Assembly (NCBI GenBank): GCA_050008535.1
Contig: JBEKML010000002.1
Location: 24,732-88,731 of the forward strand
Length of the DNA: 64,000 bases
Reading direction: 5' to 3'
Source: Minisyncoccia bacterium
GTDB taxonomy: Bacteria > Patescibacteriota > Minisyncoccia > UBA6257 > 2-01-FULL-56-20
Part shown: positions 18,174-29,261 of the stretch, piece after piece
Numbering within the stretch: position 1 is the first letter of the stretch
Layout of the letters: every line of letters starts with the position of its first letter
Program-made: the position numbers and the translations under genes
Notes under the pieces: model-generated
Database searches by the model: none
Told to the model about the DNA's origin: nothing
Seen by the model: only the letters and a program-made list of their open reading frames with translations

Positions 18174-20279
18174 ATGCAGAGAGCTTATCCAATTGAAAAA
18201 GTCAGAAATATTGGCATTATAGCGCATATTGACGCCGGAAAAACCACGGTCTCGGAGCGCGTGCTTTTTTACACGGGCGTGAGCCACAAGATCGGCGAGG
18301 TGCATACGGGCGATACGGTGATGGACTGGATGGAGCAGGAGCGCGAGCGTGGCATTACGATCACCTCGGCTGCGACGACCGCGTTCTGGATCCCAACCGA
18401 AAAGAACCACGACAAAAAATTTGAGCATCAGATCAACTTGATCGACACCCCCGGACATATTGACTTCACTGTTGAGGTGAAGCGGTCGCTCCGCGTTCTG
18501 GACGGCGCCGTTGTCGTCTTTGACGGTGTCGCGGGCGTGGAGCCGCAGTCGGAAACGAACTGGCGCTATGCGGACGAATACAACGTGCCGCGCGTCTGCT
18601 TCATCAATAAACTGGATCGCATGGGCGCGAATTTCACGGGCAGCTTCCAGTCGATCCTCGATCGCCTCACAACGCACGCGCTCCCGGTGCAGCTTCCGAT
18701 AGGCTTGGAAGGGGACTTCAAGGGAGTGGTGGACCTTCTGTTGAACAAGGCGTACGCCTTTGAGGGCGAGCACGGCGAAAAGATCGTGGAAATTCCGGTT
18801 CCCGACGACATGAAGGCGGACGTCGCAAAGCACCGCCACGAATTGATTGAGAAAATTGCGGAGAATGACGATCGCGTGATGGCGGCATATTTGGAGGGGA
18901 AGGAGATCGGCATCGACGATCTGCGGAAGACACTCCGCAAAGCGGTCATCGCGAACAAGATCGTGCCGGTCCTTTGCGGGTCGGCGCTCAAGAACAAGGG
19001 CGTGCAGTTCGTCCTTGATGCGGTTGTCGAATATTTGCCTGCGCCGACGGACCTCCCCGCGGTCAAAGGGCACGATCTGAAAACAGGAGAGGAGGTGGAG
19101 CGGCACGCGACCGACGATGAACCGTTCACCGCGCTCGCGTTCAAGATCGCAACCGATCCTTATGTGGGCACGCTCACCTTTTTCAGGAATTATTCGGGCG
19201 TTCTGAAGCGCGGCTCGTACGTTTTGAATTCAGTGAAAAATTCGCAGGAGCGCATCGGCCGCGTGGTTCGTATGCATGCGAATGACCGCGAGGAAGTGGA
19301 AGAGGTCTACGCCGGCGAGATCGCGGCGATCGTCGGCCTCAAGAACACGACGACGGGGGATACGCTTTGCGATCCGAACGCGGCGATTATTTTGGAAAAG
19401 ATCACTTTCCCCGAACCCGTGATCGGCATCCGCATCGAACCGAAAACGAAAGCCGACCAGGAAAAAATGGGCACGGCCCTGCACCGCCTGGCCGAAGAGG
19501 ACCCGACCTTCCGCGTTGCGGGGGATCCCGATACCGGCGAAACGATTATCTCGGGCATGGGTGAATTACACCTGGAGATCATCGTAGACCGCATGAAGCG
19601 CGAATTCGGCGTTGAGGCGAACGTGGGCCGGCCGCAGGTGGCGTACAAAGAAACCGTGACGGGCGAAGCGGAGGCTGAAGGGAAATACATCCGCCAGTCC
19701 GGCGGCCGCGGTCAGTATGGCCATGTCTGGCTTCGCGTGAAAGCGCTTCCGCGCGGAACCGGTTTTGTATTTTTGGACGAGATCAAGGGAGGCGTGATCC
19801 CGCGCGAGTTTATTCCTGCGACCGAGAAAGGCGTGAAGGAAGCGCTTGATAAGGGTATTCTTGCGCACTATCCCGTGACGGACGTGGAGGTGGCTTTGTA
19901 CGACGGTTCGTTCCACGAGGTGGACTCTTCGGAAGCGGCGTTCAAGATCGCAGGATCTATCGCGTTCCAGGAAGCCGCGAAGCGCGCGAAGCCGGTCATT
20001 TTGGAGCCGATCATGAAATTGCAGATCCTTGTTCCGCCGGATTTTCTGGGCGAGGTGACGGGGCAATTGAATGCCAAACGCGGCCGCATTGAAAACCTCG
20101 GCGACCGGCCGAACCTGAAGGTGATTGATGCGAAAGTGCCTCTTTCTGAAATGTTCGGCTACGCGACCGAGCTCCGCTCCATGTCCCAGGGCCGCGGCAG
20201 TTTCACGATGGAATTTGACCACTACGAGCCGACGCCCGCGAACGTGGCGCAGCTCATCATAGAAGGGAAGAAAAGATAG
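18174..20279 (+). CDS. fusA: Elongation factor G
   Basis: [18 protein letters not shown]. Confidence 0.99.
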   Translation: MQRAYPIEKVRNIGIIAHIDAGKTTVSERVLFYTGVSHKIGEVHTGDTVMDWMEQERERGITITSAATTAFWIPTEKNHDKKFEHQINLIDTPGHIDFTVEVKRSLRVLDGAVVVFDGVAGVEPQSETNWRYADEYNVPRVCFINKLDRMGANFTGSFQSILDRLTTHALPVQLPIGLEGDFKGVVDLLLNKAYAFEGEHGEKIVEIPVPDDMKADVAKHRHELIEKIAENDDRVMAAYLEGKEIGIDDLRKTLRKAVIANKIVPVLCGSALKNKGVQFVLDAVVEYLPAPTDLPAVKGHDLKTGEEVERHATDDEPFTALAFKIATDPYVGTLTFFRNYSGVLKRGSYVLNSVKNSQERIGRVVRMHANDREEVEEVYAGEIAAIVGLKNTTTGDTLCDPNAAIILEKITFPEPVIGIRIEPKTKADQEKMGTALHRLAEEDPTFRVAGDPDTGETIISGMGELHLEIIVDRMKREFGVEANVGRPQVAYKETVTGEAEAEGKYIRQSGGRGQYGHVWLRVKALPRGTGFVFLDEIKGGVIPREFIPATEKGVKEALDKGILAHYPVTDVEVALYDGSFHEVDSSEAAFKIAGSIAFQEAAKRAKPVILEPIMKLQILVPPDFLGEVTGQLNAKRGRIENLGDRPNLKVIDAKVPLSEMFGYATELRSMSQGRGSFTMEFDHYEPTPANVAQLIIEGKKR

Positions 20280-20350
20280 GCTGATACAGTTGCTTTTTTT
20301 CTGAAGAATCCGCATAATGTTTGCGGTTCGTTAAGGTTTTGGAGGACGCA

Positions 20351-21166
20351 ATGAAGCCCTGTTTAGCGTTGTTTTTTGCAATTTTTTTCTTCACGCCGGG
20401 ACTTCTTGCCGAGAAACGACCGGAAGTTCGGAGTGAAGACGGTATTCTTGTTTTCATGAGGGGGATCGCCCTCTCCTACTCTGGCCGCCACGCGGAAGCA
20501 CAGAAGGAATTCGAGGAATACCGCAGGGCGCACCCCGATGACCTTCTGGTTTATCTGCGGATCGGCTACGACCGCTTTCTCGGTAGGCGCTCCGAGGATA
20601 TTTCCCGCGACGAATACCGACGGCTTGTGGACTTCATGAACGAGGCCATTGGAAAGTACGAAAAGATTGGTTGTTCGGGCACCGATCTGAAGTCGCTTGC
20701 CGGCAGCACGCTCGATTGTCCCTACATCGGCGCGGCGCTCTACTCGCTCCGGATGACGCTTGTGGGTAAGAGCGATTCGTGGCGGAAGGTCGGGAAGGAC
20801 AGGGACAGGTTCCTACAGTGCGCGAAACAATCCAGATCGCACCAGGCCTTGTTCCTTCTCGGCGTCTATGAGTACGAGCCGAGCCGGCAGGTATGGCCCA
20901 TCCGGTTTGCGCTTCAGAGGTTTGCCCACGTGCCGACGGACCACGCGCACGCAGTCGCAACGATCTTCCGGTCACTTGAAGGGGAGCCGAGCCCCTTCGC
21001 AGACGACATTTGGTTTTTCGTCTTCGATGCCGAATGCGCCTGCGATGGGATGAGTGGGAAGGCCGACAATGCCTTTGTGGAGAAGTATCCTCTAAAGCAG
21101 GTGTTCGAGTACCTCCACGCGAGATACCCAGGAAACAACAAACTGAAACAGTTCAGAAATAAGTAG
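20351..21166 (+). CDS. Orphan secreted, helical/TPR-like protein
   Basis: Signal peptide, GGAGG SD, own terminator. Confidence 0.7.
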   Translation: MKPCLALFFAIFFFTPGLLAEKRPEVRSEDGILVFMRGIALSYSGRHAEAQKEFEEYRRAHPDDLLVYLRIGYDRFLGRRSEDISRDEYRRLVDFMNEAIGKYEKIGCSGTDLKSLAGSTLDCPYIGAALYSLRMTLVGKSDSWRKVGKDRDRFLQCAKQSRSHQALFLLGVYEYEPSRQVWPIRFALQRFAHVPTDHAHAVATIFRSLEGEPSPFADDIWFFVFDAECACDGMSGKADNAFVEKYPLKQVFEYLHARYPGNNKLKQFRNK

Positions 21167-21169
21167 CCC

Positions 21170-21208
21170 GCCGAAGGAGAGATCTCCTTCGGCGGCGCTT
21201 TCTTTTCC
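21170..21208 (+). terminator. Intrinsic terminator
   Basis: cgccgaaggag-agat-ctccttcggcg followed by a T-rich tract. Confidence 0.75.
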
Positions 21209-21370
21209 CCATTTGACAAAAACGGCGAAATTGCCCTACAATAGCATGGTACGCATCCCTGACCAAGGGTAAAAAACAGGTCGATTGGTTAAGGTTTTCC
21301 ACAGCTTTACAAGCTGTTTTTATTGGAAGGGGAGGCACAATACAAATAAAAATAAAATAAATAAAAACAA

Positions 21371-22570
21371 ATGGCAGAAAAAGAAAAATTTGACCGGTCC
21401 AAGCCGCACGTCAACGTCGGCACGATCGGGCACGTGGATCACGGAAAGACGACCTTGACCGCCGCGATCACACACATTTTGTTCAAAAAGGGTTTGGCGA
21501 AGAAAGAAGAGGGCGTTGATCAGATCGACAACGCGCCGGAAGAGAAAGCGCGCGGCATTACGATCGCGCTGCACCACTCGGAATATTCTTCCGAGAAGCG
21601 CCACTATGCGCACATTGACGCGCCGGGGCATGCGGACTACATCAAAAATATGATCACGGGTGCCGCCCAGATGGACGGTGCGATCCTCGTGGTCGCCGCG
21701 ACCGACGGCCCGATGCCGCAGACGCGGGAGCACATTCTTTTGGCATACCAGGTGGGTGTGCCGAAGATCGTTGTATTCTTGAACAAGTGCGACCAGGTGG
21801 ACGATCCGGAGCTCATTGACCTCGTGGAATCCGAAGTGCGCGAGCTTTTGAAGAAGTATCACTTTGACGGTGATAACGCCCCCGTGATCCGCGGTTCGGC
21901 GCTGAAAGCATTGAACGTGACTTCCGTCGACGATCCCGATGCAAAGCCGATACTGGACCTCGTGAAGGCGTTGGACGACTATATTCCTACGCCGGTCCGC
22001 GAAGTCGACAAGCCGTTCCTTATGCCGATCGAAGACATCTTCTCGATCGAGGGCCGCGGCACGGTCGTGACCGGCCGCGTGGAGCGTGGAAAGGTGAAAG
22101 TGAACGAAGAAGTGGAGATCGTTGGATTGAAACCGACGACAAAGACGGTCGTTACGGGCATTGAAATGTTCAACAAGCTTTTGGACGAAGGCATTGCGGG
22201 CGACAATATCGGCGCCCTGCTCCGTGGCTTGAAGAAAGAAGACGTGGAGCGCGGCCAGGTGATCGCAAAGCCCGGCACGGTGACGCCCCACTCCGAATTT
22301 TCCGCCGAGGTGTACGTGCTTTCCAAAGAGGAAGGCGGACGCCACTCGCCGTTCTTTACCGGTTACAAGCCGCAGTTCTATATCCGCACGACCGACGTGA
22401 CGGGCGAAGTGACCTTGCCCACGGGAACCGAAATGGTGATGCCTGGCGACACCGTGACGATCACCGTGAAGCTTATCTCACCGGTTGCGCTTGAGGACAA
22501 ACAGCGCTTTGCCATCCGCGAGGGCGGCAAGACCGTTGGTGCGGGTGCGGTTACGAAGATCGTAAAATAA
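21371..22570 (+). CDS. tuf: Elongation factor Tu
   Basis: [30 protein letters not shown]. Confidence 0.99.
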   Translation: MAEKEKFDRSKPHVNVGTIGHVDHGKTTLTAAITHILFKKGLAKKEEGVDQIDNAPEEKARGITIALHHSEYSSEKRHYAHIDAPGHADYIKNMITGAAQMDGAILVVAATDGPMPQTREHILLAYQVGVPKIVVFLNKCDQVDDPELIDLVESEVRELLKKYHFDGDNAPVIRGSALKALNVTSVDDPDAKPILDLVKALDDYIPTPVREVDKPFLMPIEDIFSIEGRGTVVTGRVERGKVKVNEEVEIVGLKPTTKTVVTGIEMFNKLLDEGIAGDNIGALLRGLKKEDVERGQVIAKPGTVTPHSEFSAEVYVLSKEEGGRHSPFFTGYKPQFYIRTTDVTGEVTLPTGTEMVMPGDTVTITVKLISPVALEDKQRFAIREGGKTVGAGAVTKIVK

Positions 22571-22572
22571 TC

Positions 22573-22902
22573 ATGGCAAAAAAGGAATCGGAAACACCGC
22601 AAAAAGTCCGGTTGAGGATAAAGTCCTACGACCACAAGTTGATTGATAATTCGGCACGCCAGATCATTGAGGCGGCCGAGCGGAACGATGCGAAGGTGGT
22701 CGGTCCGATTCCCTTGCCGACGGAGATCAAACACTACACCGTGAACCGTTCCACGTTCGTCCATAAGGACTCGCGCGAACAGTTCGAACTCCGGGTGCAC
22801 AAGCGCCTAGTGGAGATCCTGAACCCCAGCCAGAAGATTATTGAATCGCTTTCTAATCTGAATCTTCCGGCAGGCGTGGATGTGGAAGTGAAAATGGTAT
22901 AG
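22573..22902 (+). CDS. rpsJ: 30S ribosomal protein S10
   Basis: GPIPLPT, SREQFE...HKRL. Confidence 0.98.
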   Translation: MAKKESETPQKVRLRIKSYDHKLIDNSARQIIEAAERNDAKVVGPIPLPTEIKHYTVNRSTFVHKDSREQFELRVHKRLVEILNPSQKIIESLSNLNLPAGVDVEVKMV

Positions 22903-22922
22903 AAGCGGTCTGAAAGAAATTG

Positions 22923-22950
22923 CAAAAACCGCCCGCAAGGGCGGTTTTTG
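22923..22950 (+). terminator. Intrinsic terminator after rpsJ
   Basis: caaaaaccgccc-gcaa-gggcggtttttg. Confidence 0.88.
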
Positions 22951-22958
22951 ATTTGGCC

Positions 22959-22986
22959 TTGACGCTTCGCCCCGTTTTGCTATACT
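22959..22986 (+). promoter_or_regulatory. Sigma70-type promoter for the rplC operon
   Basis: TTGACG-16 nt-TATACT with an extended -10 TG. Confidence 0.7.
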
Positions 22987-22999
22987 CTCCTCAAGGTTT

Positions 23000-23111
23000 C
23001 CTCGGACGTTTTATGCCAATATTTACCTATCTCGGAAGACGAATTTCGTTATTTCTGAGCGATCCCGTGTAAAACACGGGTTCATGGGTTAGATTGCGTA
23101 AGGGTCCGGGG
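23000..23111 (+). ncRNA. Candidate structured ribosomal-protein leader RNA
   Basis: Closing stem cctcggac/gtccgggg enclosing two hairpins, lying between the promoter and rplC. Confidence 0.5.
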
Positions 23112-23152
23112 GCAGCCCGGATTTTTTAATCCGCAAGACATTATTCAAAGCG

Positions 23153-23710
23153 ATGTCCTTCATTCTTGGAAAAAAAGTGAAAATGACGCAGATCTGGAAG
23201 GATGGGAAAGTGGTCCCCGTGACCGTGGTTCGCGCGGAAGCGAATGCGGTGACGACCATTCGGACCAAAGAGAAGGACGGATACGAAGCCGTCCAGGTTT
23301 CGCTTGGGAAGACAAAGCACGAATTCCGCAATCGCGCGGCGCATCCGATTGAAATGGGGAAGTTCAAAGCAGGGGATGCGGTGACCGTCGATGCGTTCAA
23401 AGAGGGCGAGAAAGTTTTGGTGAGCGGGATCACGAAGGGCCGCGGATTCCAGGGCGTTGTGAAACGGCACGGCTTCAGCGGGGGGCCGAAGACGCACGGC
23501 CAAAAGAACCGTTTCCGCGCGCCGGGGTCCATCGGTTCCACCGCGTTTCAGCGTGTGGTGCCCGGCCGCCGCATGGCGGGGCATATGGGTACGGACCGCG
23601 TGACGATAAAGAATTTGGTCGTTGCCGAGATTGATAAGGAAAAAAATCTGATCTTTTTGCGCGGCGCGGTGCCGGGCGCGCGCGGCGGCCTGCTCGAGAT
23701 CAGAAAATAA
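23153..23710 (+). CDS. rplC: 50S ribosomal protein L3
   Basis: KGRGFQGVVKRHGF, MAGHMG. Confidence 0.98.
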   Translation: MSFILGKKVKMTQIWKDGKVVPVTVVRAEANAVTTIRTKEKDGYEAVQVSLGKTKHEFRNRAAHPIEMGKFKAGDAVTVDAFKEGEKVLVSGITKGRGFQGVVKRHGFSGGPKTHGQKNRFRAPGSIGSTAFQRVVPGRRMAGHMGTDRVTIKNLVVAEIDKEKNLIFLRGAVPGARGGLLEIRK

Positions 23711-23714
23711 GAAA

Positions 23715-24359
23715 ATGAACGCCGACGTCTACAATTTGAAGAACGAAAAAGTGGGGACGGTGGAATTGCCGGAGAGCGTTTTCGGCGCGCGCTGGAACCC
23801 GGTTTTGATAAAACAGGTTTTGGAGGCGCAACAGGCGAATGCGCGCGACCCGTGGGCGCACGCGAAGGATCGCAGCGAAGTGCGTGGCGGCGGCAGAAAG
23901 CCGTGGCGCCAGAAGGGGACCGGCCGCGCGCGGCACGGTTCCATCCGGTCACCCTTGTGGGTGGGCGGCGGTAAGGCGCACGGACCGCGCAAGGAACGCG
24001 ATTATTCCCAAAAAGTGAACAAGAAAATGAAACACTCGGCGCTTTTCTCCGCGCTTTCGCGGAAGATGAAAGACGGCGAGGTGAAGGTATTTGAAAATTT
24101 TGCGCTTTCGGCCCCAAAGACGAAAATACTGGCATCGGTGCTCGCCGCGCTTTTGAATATGAAGAAGACCGCGAAACGGTACGACGTGCTGCTTGTGGAA
24201 AACGCAGCGAACAAGAACTTGTTCCGCGCTTCCTCCAATTTGCAGAAAGCAAAGGCGGTTGACGCCGCATCGCTCAATGTTCTGGATGTGTTGAATTACA
24301 AAAACCTTTTCCTTGATAAAGAAGCGATTGCCCTGATCGAGAAACATTACAAAGGATAA
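23715..24359 (+). CDS. rplD: 50S ribosomal protein L4
   Basis: KPWRQKGTGRARHGS. Confidence 0.98.
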   Translation: MNADVYNLKNEKVGTVELPESVFGARWNPVLIKQVLEAQQANARDPWAHAKDRSEVRGGGRKPWRQKGTGRARHGSIRSPLWVGGGKAHGPRKERDYSQKVNKKMKHSALFSALSRKMKDGEVKVFENFALSAPKTKILASVLAALLNMKKTAKRYDVLLVENAANKNLFRASSNLQKAKAVDAASLNVLDVLNYKNLFLDKEAIALIEKHYKG

Positions 24360-24363
24360 AATC

Positions 24364-24642
24364 ATGACCAGCGTCTTTCTTATTAAAAAACCCTGGGTGA
24401 CGGAAAAATCCACCGAACTCTCCGCGCTCGGTAAGTATGTTTTCATTGTGGAGCCCGGAGCGACAAAGCAAGAGATCAAAAAGGCGGTGAAGGCGGTCTA
24501 TAAAGTGGATGCGGTCGCCGTGAATGTCGTGAATCGTCCGGCAAAACGGAAGCGGTTCGGCGCAAACATCAAGGGAGCGCAGAAGGGATACCGGAAAGCG
24601 ATCGTCACCCTGAAGGCCGGCCAAAAAATAGACATCCAATAA
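24364..24642 (+). CDS. rplW: 50S ribosomal protein L23
   Basis: PWVTEKS, KAIVTL; synteny. Confidence 0.97.
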   Translation: MTSVFLIKKPWVTEKSTELSALGKYVFIVEPGATKQEIKKAVKAVYKVDAVAVNVVNRPAKRKRFGANIKGAQKGYRKAIVTLKAGQKIDIQ

Positions 24643-24643
24643 T

Positions 24644-25468
24644 ATGAAGATATATAAACCAACCACGCCATCGCGGCGCAGTATGACGGGCTCCGATTAT
24701 CGGGGGCTCTCCGGCGTGCGCCCGTGGAAGCCGCTCCTTACACAATTAAAATCCAATGCCGGCCGCAACTCGCAGGGCCGCATCACCGTGCGCCACCAGG
24801 GCGGCGGGAACAAGAAACGGTACCGCATGATTGATTTCAAACAGGATCGTTTGGGCGTAAAGGCGCTTGTGGAGACCCTGGAATACGATCCGTACCGCAC
24901 GGCGTTCATTGCGCGCGTGAAATATGCGGATGGGAACCGCGCCTATGTTTTGGCGCCGGAAGGCATGAAGGTAGGCACGGAGATCATGACGGCGGAATCG
25001 GCGCCGCTCGCGATCGGCAATCGCATGAAATTAAAGAACATTCCGGTTGGCTACCAGGTGCACAATATAGAGCTTTCTCCCGGCCGCGGCGGACAGCTCG
25101 CGCGCTCGGCGGGTTCGTATGCGGAAGTGCTTGCGAATGCCGATGGCTACACCGATCTGAAGCTTTCTTCGGGCGAAGTGCGGCGCGTGCTTTGGAATGG
25201 GCTTGCAACCATTGGCCAGCTCTCGAACGCCGAATGGAACCTGGTTTCGATCGGGAAAGCAGGCCGCTCGCGGTGGCTTGGCATCCGGCCGACCGTCCGC
25301 GGCAAGGCAATGAATCCGGTGGATCACCCGTACGGCGGCGGCGAAGGTAGCCAGCCGCGCGGCACGAGAAAGCCGAAGACCCTGTGGGGGAAGATAACCG
25401 GCGGCCACAAGACCCGCAATCGAAAGAAACGGTCGAGTAAATTCATTCTCCAGCGGAGGAAGAAATAA
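24644..25468 (+). CDS. rplB: 50S ribosomal protein L2
   Basis: EYDPYR, AMNPVDHPYGGG. Confidence 0.98.
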   Translation: MKIYKPTTPSRRSMTGSDYRGLSGVRPWKPLLTQLKSNAGRNSQGRITVRHQGGGNKKRYRMIDFKQDRLGVKALVETLEYDPYRTAFIARVKYADGNRAYVLAPEGMKVGTEIMTAESAPLAIGNRMKLKNIPVGYQVHNIELSPGRGGQLARSAGSYAEVLANADGYTDLKLSSGEVRRVLWNGLATIGQLSNAEWNLVSIGKAGRSRWLGIRPTVRGKAMNPVDHPYGGGEGSQPRGTRKPKTLWGKITGGHKTRNRKKRSSKFILQRRKK

Positions 25469-25480
25469 ATCATTACTCTT

Positions 25481-25819
25481 ATGTCACGCTCCCTCAAAAA
25501 AGGCCCTTACGTTGACGCACGGCTTTTGAAGAAAATTGCAAAAATAAAACCGGAGAGCGCGTCGGTCATAAAGACCTGGTCGCGGGCTTCGGAGATAGCG
25601 CCAGAAATGGTAGGCTATACGTTCGGCGTGCACAACGGAAAGATCTTCATTGAAGTGAAGATCGCCGAAGAAATGGTAGGGCACCGTTTGGGCGAATTTT
25701 CGCCGACGCGAAAGTTCACGAGGCACGGCGGCAAGATACAGAAGGAATTGGAGATCAAAGCCGCAGAAACGCAGAAAGCCCAGGCCGCTGCGGCAAAGAC
25801 GGAACCGGCAAAAAAATAA
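25481..25819 (+). CDS. rpsS: 30S ribosomal protein S19
   Basis: [19 protein letters not shown]. Confidence 0.98.
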   Translation: MSRSLKKGPYVDARLLKKIAKIKPESASVIKTWSRASEIAPEMVGYTFGVHNGKIFIEVKIAEEMVGHRLGEFSPTRKFTRHGGKIQKELEIKAAETQKAQAAAAKTEPAKK

Positions 25820-25822
25820 ACC

Positions 25823-26344
25823 ATGGAACAACAGATCGCAAAATTGAACTATTTGAAGATCGCGCCGCGGAAAGTGCGAAGCGTGGCAGATCTGGTGAAG
25901 GGGCTTTCGGCGAACGATGCCGAAGCGCAACTTTTAGTGCAGCGTCGCCGCCCGGCAAAGCCGCTTTTGAAACTTTTGCGTTCTGCGGTGGCAAACGCCA
26001 AAAGCAACAAGCGGTGGAATCCCGACCATCTTTTCATTGCGGACCTCCGCGTTGACCAGGGGCCGATGATCAAGCGGTTCCTGCCCCGTGCGCGCGGTTC
26101 GGCATCGCCGATCCAGAAAAAAATGAGCAACGTGACGCTGGTCTTGGGCTTGAACGAGAACCTCACGCCGAAATACAAGATCGTCGTACCGAAGAAGGTG
26201 AAATTGCCGCCGGGCAGCGAGAAACCCGCGAAGAACAAGCGGGTGAAGCCGGAAGTAAAACCCAAAGAAGAGACCAGCGAAAAAAAGAAAGGCGGCGGAT
26301 TCTTCAAGCGGATGTTCAATCCAAAATCAAGAGCATCTAAATAA
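25823..26344 (+). CDS. rplV: 50S ribosomal protein L22 with a Lys-rich C-terminal extension
   Basis: APRKVR, SAVANA, PRARG. Confidence 0.97.
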   Translation: MEQQIAKLNYLKIAPRKVRSVADLVKGLSANDAEAQLLVQRRRPAKPLLKLLRSAVANAKSNKRWNPDHLFIADLRVDQGPMIKRFLPRARGSASPIQKKMSNVTLVLGLNENLTPKYKIVVPKKVKLPPGSEKPAKNKRVKPEVKPKEETSEKKKGGGFFKRMFNPKSRASK

Positions 26345-26346
26345 CC

Positions 26347-27027
26347 ATGGGACAGAAAATACATCCAATTTCATTTCGGTTGGGGATCACGAAGAACTGG
26401 CCAGTGCGCTGGTTCATTAAGGGCAGCTATGCAAAATATCTGGAGGAGGACGAAGCGATCCGGAAAGTGATCAAGAAAAAGATCGGTCTCGCGGGCATTT
26501 CCGCGGTGGAGATCGAACGCACGCAGAGCACCCTCCGCGTGTTCGTGAAGGCGGCCCGGCCGGGGCTTGTGATCGGCCGCGGCGGGAAGGGGGTGGAAGA
26601 GCTGAACAAGGCGATCGCCGATGCGATCCGGAAGGTGCGCAAGAACAAAGCGCCAGTGGTGCTTTCGGTGAACGTTGAGGAGTTGAAGCGTTCGGAGATC
26701 TCGGCGCCGTACGTGGCCCAGCAGATCGCCTGGGACCTTGAAAAGCGGATGTCCTTCCGCCGCACCATGAAGAAATATCTTGAACAAGTGGCGCAAAACA
26801 AGGACGCGAAAGGGGTAAAAATATTCTTGGGCGGCCGGTTGGACGGGAACGAGATCGCGCGCCACGAATGGCTCTCGCGCGGTTCGCTGCCGCTCCAGAC
26901 CCTGCGCGCCGACATTGATTACGGGAAAGCGACCGCCTACACTACCTATGGCACGATCGGCATCCGCGTCTGGATCTATAAAGGAGAAATATTCAACAAG
27001 AAAAAACAGGACGAGAGCAACCAATAA
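26347..27027 (+). CDS. rpsC: 30S ribosomal protein S3
   Basis: [18 protein letters not shown]. Confidence 0.98.
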   Translation: MGQKIHPISFRLGITKNWPVRWFIKGSYAKYLEEDEAIRKVIKKKIGLAGISAVEIERTQSTLRVFVKAARPGLVIGRGGKGVEELNKAIADAIRKVRKNKAPVVLSVNVEELKRSEISAPYVAQQIAWDLEKRMSFRRTMKKYLEQVAQNKDAKGVKIFLGGRLDGNEIARHEWLSRGSLPLQTLRADIDYGKATAYTTYGTIGIRVWIYKGEIFNKKKQDESNQ

Positions 27028-27029
27028 CC

Positions 27030-27440
27030 ATGCTTATCCCTAAAAAAGTCAAACATCGTAAATGGCAAAAGGGGCGCTCGCGGAGCCGCCAAGTCGAAAC
27101 GCGCGGGCTTGGCCTTGCCTACGGCGAGTACGGTATAAAGGCGCTCGAGGCGACGTGGCTCACGTCGCGCCAGATCGAGGCGGCGCGGAAGGCCATCACG
27201 AACTTCATGAAACGCAGTGGACGGGTGTGGATCCGCGTTTTTCCCGACAAGCCGGTCACGCTCCGGCCGCCCGAGACCACGATGGGCGGCGGCAAGGGGA
27301 GCGTGGACCATTATGTATTCCCCGTGCGTCCGGGCCGCGTACTTTTTGAAGTTGACGGCGTTCCAGAGGAGACCGCGCGGGAAGCGCTCCGTCTTGCCTC
27401 TTTCAAATTGCCGGTCAAGACCAGAGTTATCAAAAAATAA
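27030..27440 (+). CDS. rplP: 50S ribosomal protein L16
   Basis: [22 protein letters not shown]. Confidence 0.98.
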   Translation: MLIPKKVKHRKWQKGRSRSRQVETRGLGLAYGEYGIKALEATWLTSRQIEAARKAITNFMKRSGRVWIRVFPDKPVTLRPPETTMGGGKGSVDHYVFPVRPGRVLFEVDGVPEETAREALRLASFKLPVKTRVIKK

Positions 27441-27442
27441 CC

Positions 27443-27649
27443 ATGAAAAAGAAAGACGTCCAGGAATTAAAACATCGGCCGATCGAAGAACTTGTCCACC
27501 TCATCACGGATGCCAACGAGAAACTGCGGGCGCTCAAATTCGATCTTGCTGCCGGCAAGGTCAAGGACATCACCGAGATCAAGGAGCTCAAGAAAAAAGT
27601 CGCAAGAATAAAAACCTTCATCCATGAACGCGCAAACGAAACAAAATAA
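27443..27649 (+). CDS. rpmC: 50S ribosomal protein L29
   Basis: KKKVARIKT; synteny. Confidence 0.95.
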   Translation: MKKKDVQELKHRPIEELVHLITDANEKLRALKFDLAAGKVKDITEIKELKKKVARIKTFIHERANETK

Positions 27650-27884
27650 AAAACGAAGGATCGCGGGCGTCGTCGTTTCCGACAAGATGCAGAAGACGCG
27701 CGTCGTTGCCGTTGACCGCCTGAAAAAGCATCCGAAGTACCTTAAATATTACCGCGTGACGACGAAATTCAAGGCGCACGACGAGAACAACGAATATAAA
27801 AAAGGCGACAAGGTGGTGATCGAAGAAACGAGGCCGCTCTCGCGGGAGAAGCGGTGGAAGATCGTCGGAAAAGTTTCAAAATAA
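27624..27884 (+). CDS. rpsQ: 30S ribosomal protein S17
   Basis: [17 protein letters not shown]. Confidence 0.97.
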   Translation: MNAQTKQNKKRRIAGVVVSDKMQKTRVVAVDRLKKHPKYLKYYRVTTKFKAHDENNEYKKGDKVVIEETRPLSREKRWKIVGKVSK

Positions 27885-27887
27885 CCC

Positions 27888-28256
27888 ATGATCCAGGAAC
27901 GCTCCATATTAAAAGTGGCAGACAACTCCGGCGCAAAAACGGTCCGTTGTTTTCGGATCCTCGGCGGCACGCGTCACCGCTATGCGGGCGTTGGCGACGT
28001 CATCGTTACGTCCGTGCAGGCGGCGGAGCCGCGGAAGAGCGTGAAGAAAAAGGATGTGGTCAAAGTGCTTGTCGTCCGCACCAAAAATGCGATCCACCGC
28101 CGCGACGGTTCCTATGTCCGCTTTGACGAAAATGCGGTCGTTCTGATCGATGCCAAAAAAGAACCGATTGCGACCCGCATTTTCGGCCCGCTCCCGCGCG
28201 AACTTAAGGAAAAAGGGTACGAAAAATTAATGACGATGGCGGAAGAGATCGTCTAA
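27888..28256 (+). CDS. rplN: 50S ribosomal protein L14
   Basis: VADNSGAK, FDENAVV. Confidence 0.98.
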   Translation: MIQERSILKVADNSGAKTVRCFRILGGTRHRYAGVGDVIVTSVQAAEPRKSVKKKDVVKVLVVRTKNAIHRRDGSYVRFDENAVVLIDAKKEPIATRIFGPLPRELKEKGYEKLMTMAEEIV

Positions 28257-28269
28257 ATTATTTATTGCC

Positions 28270-28575
28270 ATGAACATAAAAAAGGGAGATCAAGTAAAAA
28301 TAATGAGCGGCATGGATCGCGGGAAGATCGGGACCGTTTTACATGCGCTTCCCGACGAAGGACGAGTGGTCATCGAAGGGTTGAACGTGTTCAAGAAGCG
28401 TTCACGCCCGAAAAAGCAGGGACAAAAAGGGGAAACGGTGCTTGTGCCCCGTCCGATGCCGGTCTCGAAGGTGATGCTCGTCTGCTCGAACTGTAAGAAT
28501 CCGACGCGCGCGGGCTTCCATATGGACGGTCCGCGAAAGGTTCGTTACTGCAAGAAATGCAAAGTTAACACCTAA
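28270..28575 (+). CDS. rplX: 50S ribosomal protein L24
   Basis: KOW motif IKKGDQV...GMDRGKIG; C-terminal CxxC pairs. Confidence 0.97.
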   Translation: MNIKKGDQVKIMSGMDRGKIGTVLHALPDEGRVVIEGLNVFKKRSRPKKQGQKGETVLVPRPMPVSKVMLVCSNCKNPTRAGFHMDGPRKVRYCKKCKVNT

Positions 28576-28577
28576 CC

Positions 28578-29069
28578 ATGGACAAGAAGAAAATTAAAGC
28601 ATTTTTAGAGAAGATCGTGGTTGATGCGGGTGTCGGCCGCTTAAGCCAGACGCCGAATTTTGAGGAAAAAGCGCTGGCGCAGGTTTCGCGCGACCTCGCT
28701 TTGATCACCGGCCAGAAGCCGCAGGTGCGGAAGGCGAAGAAATCCATCGCCGGATTCAAGGTGCGCGAAGGGCAGATCGTGGGGCTTCGGGTAACGCTCC
28801 GCAGCGATAAAATGGTTGATTTTTTTGGGCGATTGATTACCATAGTATTGCCTCGCGTGAGAGACTTCAATGGTCTGGATCTCAGGAACATCGACCAGGG
28901 CGGCGCGCTGAATGCGGGCATTCGGGAACAGTTCGTCTTTCCGGAGATCGCGCCGGAAGAATCGCCGGTTTCCTTCTCTCTCGGGATCGCCCTGGTGCCC
29001 CGGAGGAAGAATCGCGCACAAGCGCTCCAAACTTTTCGAACGCTCGGCGTTCCCTTAAAGAAGCAATAA
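28578..29069 (+). CDS. rplE: 50S ribosomal protein L5 (N-terminally short)
   Basis: [24 protein letters not shown]. Confidence 0.97.
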   Translation: MDKKKIKAFLEKIVVDAGVGRLSQTPNFEEKALAQVSRDLALITGQKPQVRKAKKSIAGFKVREGQIVGLRVTLRSDKMVDFFGRLITIVLPRVRDFNGLDLRNIDQGGALNAGIREQFVFPEIAPEESPVSFSLGIALVPRRKNRAQALQTFRTLGVPLKKQ

Positions 29070-29070
29070 C

Positions 29071-29256
29071 ATGGCAAAAGAATCCGTCATTGCACGCAGC
29101 AAAAAGCAGCCGAAGTTTTCCTCCCGCATCGTGCGGCGCTGTTTCCGTTGCGGTCGCAAGCGCGGGTATATGCGCACCTTCGGCATCTGCCGGATCTGTT
29201 TTCGCGAGATGGCGACCAACCAGGAAATTCCGGGAATAAAAAAAGCAAGCTGGTAA
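29071..29256 (+). CDS. rpsN: 30S ribosomal protein S14, zinc-binding type
   Basis: CFRC...CRIC, 61 aa. Confidence 0.97.
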   Translation: MAKESVIARSKKQPKFSSRIVRRCFRCGRKRGYMRTFGICRICFREMATNQEIPGIKKASW

Positions 29257-29261
29257 CCACA

